A stretch of 62,567 nt of DNA, counting the filler, from Aduncisulcus paluster (Eukaryota): assembly GCA_024181965.1 (NCBI GenBank). It is 14 parts of 14 records of this genome, joined end to end, with 100 filler letters (N's around TTAATTAATTAA, not from the genome) between each part and the next. Parts side by side here need not be neighbours in the genome. Positions count along the whole stretch, not along the records: positions 56,463 to 59,676 come from BQXS01011500.1; positions 59,777 to 62,567 come from BQXS01011502.1; 12 more parts are not named here. One strand, written 5' to 3'. Both the position numbers and the translations under genes were made by a program. This document shows, piece by piece, positions 57,381-62,567 of this stretch (the stretch's first letter is position 1; each line of letters opens with the position of its first letter). The notes below the pieces were generated by a model. It did no database searches and was not told the DNA's origin. It saw only the letters and a program-made list of their open reading frames with translations.

Positions 57381-59658
57381 TTAAACGGAGAGCTCAGAAG
57401 ACTCTTCATCACCAAATTCATCGCTTTCTTCGAGGAGAAGCCGAACACTCTTTGACAAATCATTATTATCATCAACTTTCAGAGCGGTTGAATCAGTCAA
57501 ATCTCCAACTTCAAGTTTCTCAGGTTCTATTTTTAGTTGTTTCGGTTTTACCATCTTAAGAGTTGTAGAAACGCCAGATAATCCAATATCATGCAGACTG
57601 ACATTCTTCACGCCACTTACATTTCTCATTGCTCCACTCTTAGTCATATCACTGACTTTATCACTGACTTTATCACTGACTTTATCACTGACTTCACCGG
57701 CTTCCTCCTCTTCTTCTTCCTCTTCTTCTTCTTCTTTCTCTCTCTCTCTCTTCTCTCTCTCTTCTTTCTCTTCTCTCCCTTTCCTCTTCTTCCTTCTTCT
57801 TTCTTTCCTTTTCTTTCCTTTCTCTTTCTTCCTCCATTTTTCTCTTCTTTTCTCTCTCTTTCTTTCTCTCTTCTTCTTTCTTTCTCTCTTCTTCTTTCTT
57901 TCTCTCTTCTTCTTTCTTTCTCTCTTCTTCTTTCTTTCTCTCTTCCTCTTTCTTTTGATATATTTTTCTTTCTTCTTCCTTTTTCTTTCTTATTTTTCTT
58001 TCCTCTTCTCTCTCTCTCTCTTCTCTCTCTTTTCTCTCTTGTTCTATTTTCTTCTTTTCTTCTTCTTCTCTTTCTTTCTTCTCTCTTTCTTTCCGCTCTC
58101 TTTCTCTCTCCTCTTCTTCTTCCTCTTCTTCTTCTCTCTCTCTTCTTCGAGCATTTAAATCTCTTTCTCTCTTCTCTCTTTCTTTTTGCATACGATCTTC
58201 CTCCCTTGTGTCGTGAACAGCAGCCTTCCTGTTAATAATAGTTTGGGAAGAAGAAGGAAGAGTGTGTCGATCAATGGATTCTCGACGCGCATTATCTCTA
58301 AAAATAGAACCAACCTCATCATACCTTTTCCATCTTATGGGATTGGTTGGACGTCTCACTATCTTCTCCAGCAATGTACTTTTGCATCTCTCAGCTTCCT
58401 CGAGTGACAGTCCTTTCCGATCGTTACTAACTCCACACTCCTTCATTACAGAATCCATTTCACGGGCAACCTCTTCTTTCACACGTTCGAAATCTTTAGG
58501 TCTTGATGACAAATATCGTTGCCAATGTTTTGTAGTCGATTCCAAAAAGTCAGCATCGCATGAGTCGGAGGAGATCCTTCCTTTTGATGACGCAGTAATC
58601 GTTGAATGTTGTTGAATATATGGTATATGAGAGCTATGTTGGAGTGGTGGATGGGCTGAAGTGGAAAGAGGTGGAGCAGGAAACTCCGATATAGTGAGAT
58701 CGAGTTGTTTCCTACCCATGATCTTGTTCTTATTTGTATTGTTATTGTTATCACCGTTACTTCCATGAATACAAACTGAAGAAGAGAATGATTCGTCTCC
58801 TTCTCCTTCTTTTTCTTTTTCTTCTTCTTCTTCTTTTTCTTTTTCTTCATGTAGATGTTTTTCTTTGAGGATAAGTTCTTCGGGGATAATTGGATTGGAA
58901 GATGCACTCTCGGATGAGGAAGAGGTTGGAATTGATGGAGAAACATGACGTTTGGCTTCAACTAATTGCTCTTCAAGTATTGTGATTTGTCTTTTGAATT
59001 GAAGTATCTCAGCAAGATGCTCATCATGAATAGTCGATAAATGTTCGTCTTTTTTGGCAGATAAGGACCGTTCTTTCTCAAGAAGGCCTGAGATATATCT
59101 ATTTTCAGCTTCAAGGGTTTCATATTGGCTCCTTGAGACGTGAAAAGGATCAACAAGAGCTTGTTTTGACGGATGTTCAGATTTACAATGAACAAACATG
59201 CTATCATAATCATAAAATATTTTAGGAGGGCTACAATAAGTGCACTTGTACTTTTTAAGTGGAATTTTTTCCCAGAGTGCAAGAGACTTCACTGCATTCT
59301 TATGTTGGGTACGCAACTTATCTCGCTCTTTTCGCATTTTTTTAAGCCGAGATTCATATTTTGAAAATGTTTTTGATACAGTTTCATTCTTTTCTTCAAG
59401 TTTTTGAACTTTTTGAACCAAAAAATATTGAACGAATAATAAATATTGAATTGAGAGTTGGGACAGCAATAATAACTTGGTAATTGGATCATGCGCATCC
59501 GTTTTGTCAGATGCATTTCCATAAGCTAATGTTTTGAGCACTGAATTAAGAGCTGGAATATCTCTATCGGAAATAATCTTTTGCACATCGATTCCTGATA
59601 TAAGTTTCCAATCTATATCTTCTTTTCCTAACTGGAAGGAAAATAAATCATCTTCCAT
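57381..59658 (-). CDS. DZIP1: DZIP1/Iguana-like cilium assembly protein; probable frameshift error in the E/R/K tract, true end likely 57381
   Basis: IDWKLISGIDVQKII..RDIPAL..., KLLLLSQLSIQYLLFVQ and the C2H2 finger CTYC...HCKSEH. The 57381-57647 ORF continues in the alternate frame (EEEAGEVSDKVSDK...). Confidence 0.82.
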
Positions 59659-59776
59659 TGGAATTTTTTTTTGCGANNNNNNNNNNNNNNNNNNNNNNNN
59701 NNNNNNNNNNNNNNNNNNNNTTAATTAATTAANNNNNNNNNNNNNNNNNNNNNNNNNNNNNNNNNNNNNNNNNNNN

Positions 59777-61445
59777 GGAGGAACATGATCGGGAAGGTAT
59801 GCCCCAAGTTGGAGATACTCCCGGGGATGATGTTATTTCCGAGCAAGACAATGTCCCCAGTTCACATGACTCTGACAGCTATGTTGGTTCGGACTCTGGT
59901 GTCTCAGTGGAGCATGACAATGTTGAGTCTGTGGAAAGGACTGATGTAGCCCCTGCACAGATCGAGCTCACGGATAAGCACACTGTTGAGCAGGGAAAGG
60001 ATACTCAATGTGGGGATGGAATGGGTGAGAGTGTACGTGCACAAGAAACAAGCAAGGACACACAGGACTTGGGCAAGGATACACATGAGACAGACAGTGG
60101 GAGTGCACAGGTGACTAGAGTGGACAAGAGTAGGAAGGAGGAAGAGGAAGGGGAGGAAGGAGAAGAAAGAGGGGAGATAGAAACAAAGGAAGAGGAGATC
60201 AAACTTGAAGAGGAAGAGGAAGAAGAGGAAGAGAAAGAAGAATTTGTATTACCGGTCGAAGATGGGCACTTAGTACCTCTTGAATCTGAAACTAATATCC
60301 AAGGAACCTCAATACAATCAGGGTCTGGCGAAAAAGATGTTGACACCCTGGAATTACTATTAATAGAACTTGAGACAGATGAGAAAGATTCACCTGATGT
60401 TATTCCAACTGAAAAGGATCTTCCCAAAGAAGATGTTAAGAAGTTCACTCTTTCCTATGGTCTTACCTCTACTAGTTCAAACGTTCAGCAAGAAGAAGAG
60501 GAAGAAGAGGAAGAGAAGGTTGAGGAAAAGAAAGAAGAGGAACAGGAAGAAGAGGAACAGGAAGAAGGTGATATGGCATCTTCCTCGGAAAAGGCACCTC
60601 TTGACGCTTCTGTGAGTACCTTGAAGAGTTCAGAGACATATTCAAAGCCTCCTGGATGTCGTTTAGTTTCTCCAACAGTGAAACAGATGCAAACAACGCC
60701 TGAAGTTCGCACCCCCTTTCGATTAAGTTCATCAAACTTTGTCCCTGTGTGCGCTGTTGAATCTAAGCCCCCTGCTCGTTTTACTCTGCTTTCCCCACGT
60801 GTGAATGTCCAACAATCGTCAACTTCAGTCACAGAATCGACTGAACAGACAATCACACCACCTCCTTCAGCCCAGGGTTCCACCGTGTCTCTTGTTGGTG
60901 AAAACTCAAGTGTTTCACTCAGTGCAACCACTCTTCGCTCGCCTTTCACATATGGGAAAATCCAGCCTAAAATACACTCTCTCTCGTCCTCTGTCATCGC
61001 CCGTGGAGCCACTGAGGCTGCTGTTAAGGCTACTGTTGGAGATGATATTATGATGAAACGGGGATCCTTGGATATTCCTCATAAAGGGAGTGGAATTATC
61101 TCTTCTCCTTCTCACCCTCTGTATTTCGTGTTGAAACACTCTATTTTGTCATCCTACGCAAGTGTAAACGATGCTTCGAAAGGATCTTTGCCTCTCTTCT
61201 CCCTTAAACTTGGTACACTCCATAATACTAACATATACTCCAATCATTTGTCACACACCCTTATCGTTTCTCGGCGGGGAGAAGCCGGTGGACTTGGACG
61301 GCGTGTTCCCAGTGGTGAAATTGCTGAGGCTGGTGAGATTGCAGTTCATTGTGGAAGCGTTGATGAAATGAAAGCCTGGAAACGAGCTCTTGAAAGAACT
61401 GTTGAAAGGAACACAAAGAAAGAACAAAGAATGAGAATTGTGTAA
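59777..61445 (+). CDS. Acidic low-complexity protein with a C-terminal PH-like domain, probably 5'-partial
   Basis: KRGSLDI...YFVLKHSILSSY...AVHCGSVDEMKAWKRALE, ending in the PH-type terminal helix with Trp. Confidence 0.72.
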
Positions 61446-62567
61446 TAATATCTCAGACAATCTATTTTTAGTTTTATCTCCAAATTTCAATCCCATTGAT
61501 TTTTTTATTGGAAATTTTGTACATTTTTTTTATTAATTGGCCAATCGTAACGGTTATTGATATTTCATAATGTATTGTTTCATCTGAAGTATGAGAGTCT
61601 CGTGAGATTGTTTTTTTTTATTATTGTTGTTAGTTTTGATTGCTCTTCAAACAATGCTTCAAAATGTTTAGTCAAACTTTCAAACAATTTCTGGCAAATA
61701 ATTATCAATATCGTTGAGTTAAAGTAATCTGAGGTTTGTATCCTACTTGTAACCAGTAGTTCTTCTCTTCAGAATCTACATGTAACACTTGAAATATTCA
61801 TTATCACTGGTCAATTTCTTCAAATAAAATAATTCGTTCCGAAAGTTTGTTCTTGCCCAAGTGCATGGTCTGGTTTCGATTGTACAACCAAACATATTGC
61901 CCGAAGCAATGTAATAATTATTGTCGTTGGTCTTCTTTGCATATTATAACTATTGTATATACCATATGTGCAGAAAAATGCATTATATGAGCTTTATCAT
62001 CCATGTCATAGTGACCGTGTCACTACACCAACAATACTTAGACGGATGCAGTTTCAGATGACTACAAAACATCACAGTTTGCTCTGGATCAATTTGGGAC
62101 AACTAGAACTGTTCCACAGCCAATTCAAACGACTGTATAACTCCTTCAACCTGAGGTGATTGATACAACAAATGTTGAAATAGATTTAGCAAATAGTGTT
62201 TAATGATGAAGAATTATGAAATCGAAACATCGTATCTTTTCAAATAGATGATAGCTTAGTGGTCCATTGTTTTGTTTGCCAAACTAATAATCAGTTTGAA
62301 AATAAAATTAGTAATTAAAATTAAATAATTCGTTCCTTACTTGATGTTCTTTCACATTTGAGTTAGTTCTATCTCTTATATCTTGTAAGAATTGAGTTGA
62401 TCTTTTTCACCACTCAAACATTCCGAATGTTGGAGAGTCTCCATCTTCCATACATTGAGAAATACTATCTCCCTCTTGACAACTTGTTAATGGCAAGCTA
62501 TATCGATAGAGGTTGAAGGAATCGCTTCTTTAACATGGAAAGTTTCTGTTCTTCGATTTCCACCATG

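Noticed and set aside
57591-58235. F/L/S-rich 214-aa ORF and similar antisense ORFs, including 121-342
   Set aside because: They are shadows of low-complexity coding tracts on the opposite strand.
61600-62567. Possible decayed gene or mobile-element relic
   Set aside because: The frames I read contain many stops and I could not support any motif.

Overview
This is eukaryotic, AT-rich, intron-poor protist DNA made of 14 unrelated contigs joined by artificial N44-TTAATTAATTAA-N44 spacers. Several 20-N gaps are flanked by duplicated sequence and look like assembly artefacts. The gene content (LRR-EGF surface proteins, a TmcB-like membrane protein, ciliary DZIP1 and CCDC148) suggests a flagellate, possibly a free-living metamonad; this is inference only. 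Recognisable genes are G6PD, a DDX11/CHL1 helicase with one intron, WIPI/Atg18, an EF-hand protein, a Schlafen/AlbA_2 protein, a SPRY-like protein with a PHF5-like zinc knot, a kinase, a decayed PKA and tRNA-Ser(UGA). The main observation concerns nested Ty3/gypsy-type LTR retrotransposons. Three families have very short (95-102 bp) LTRs. All four 5'LTR-to-gag junctions lack a TGG tRNA primer-binding site and instead carry a perfect 12-14 bp palindrome overlapping the LTR terminus. A G-U-tolerant copy of that palindrome sits 150-160 nt upstream of two 3' LTRs. This is a candidate tRNA-independent, palindrome-based priming or dimerisation mechanism.
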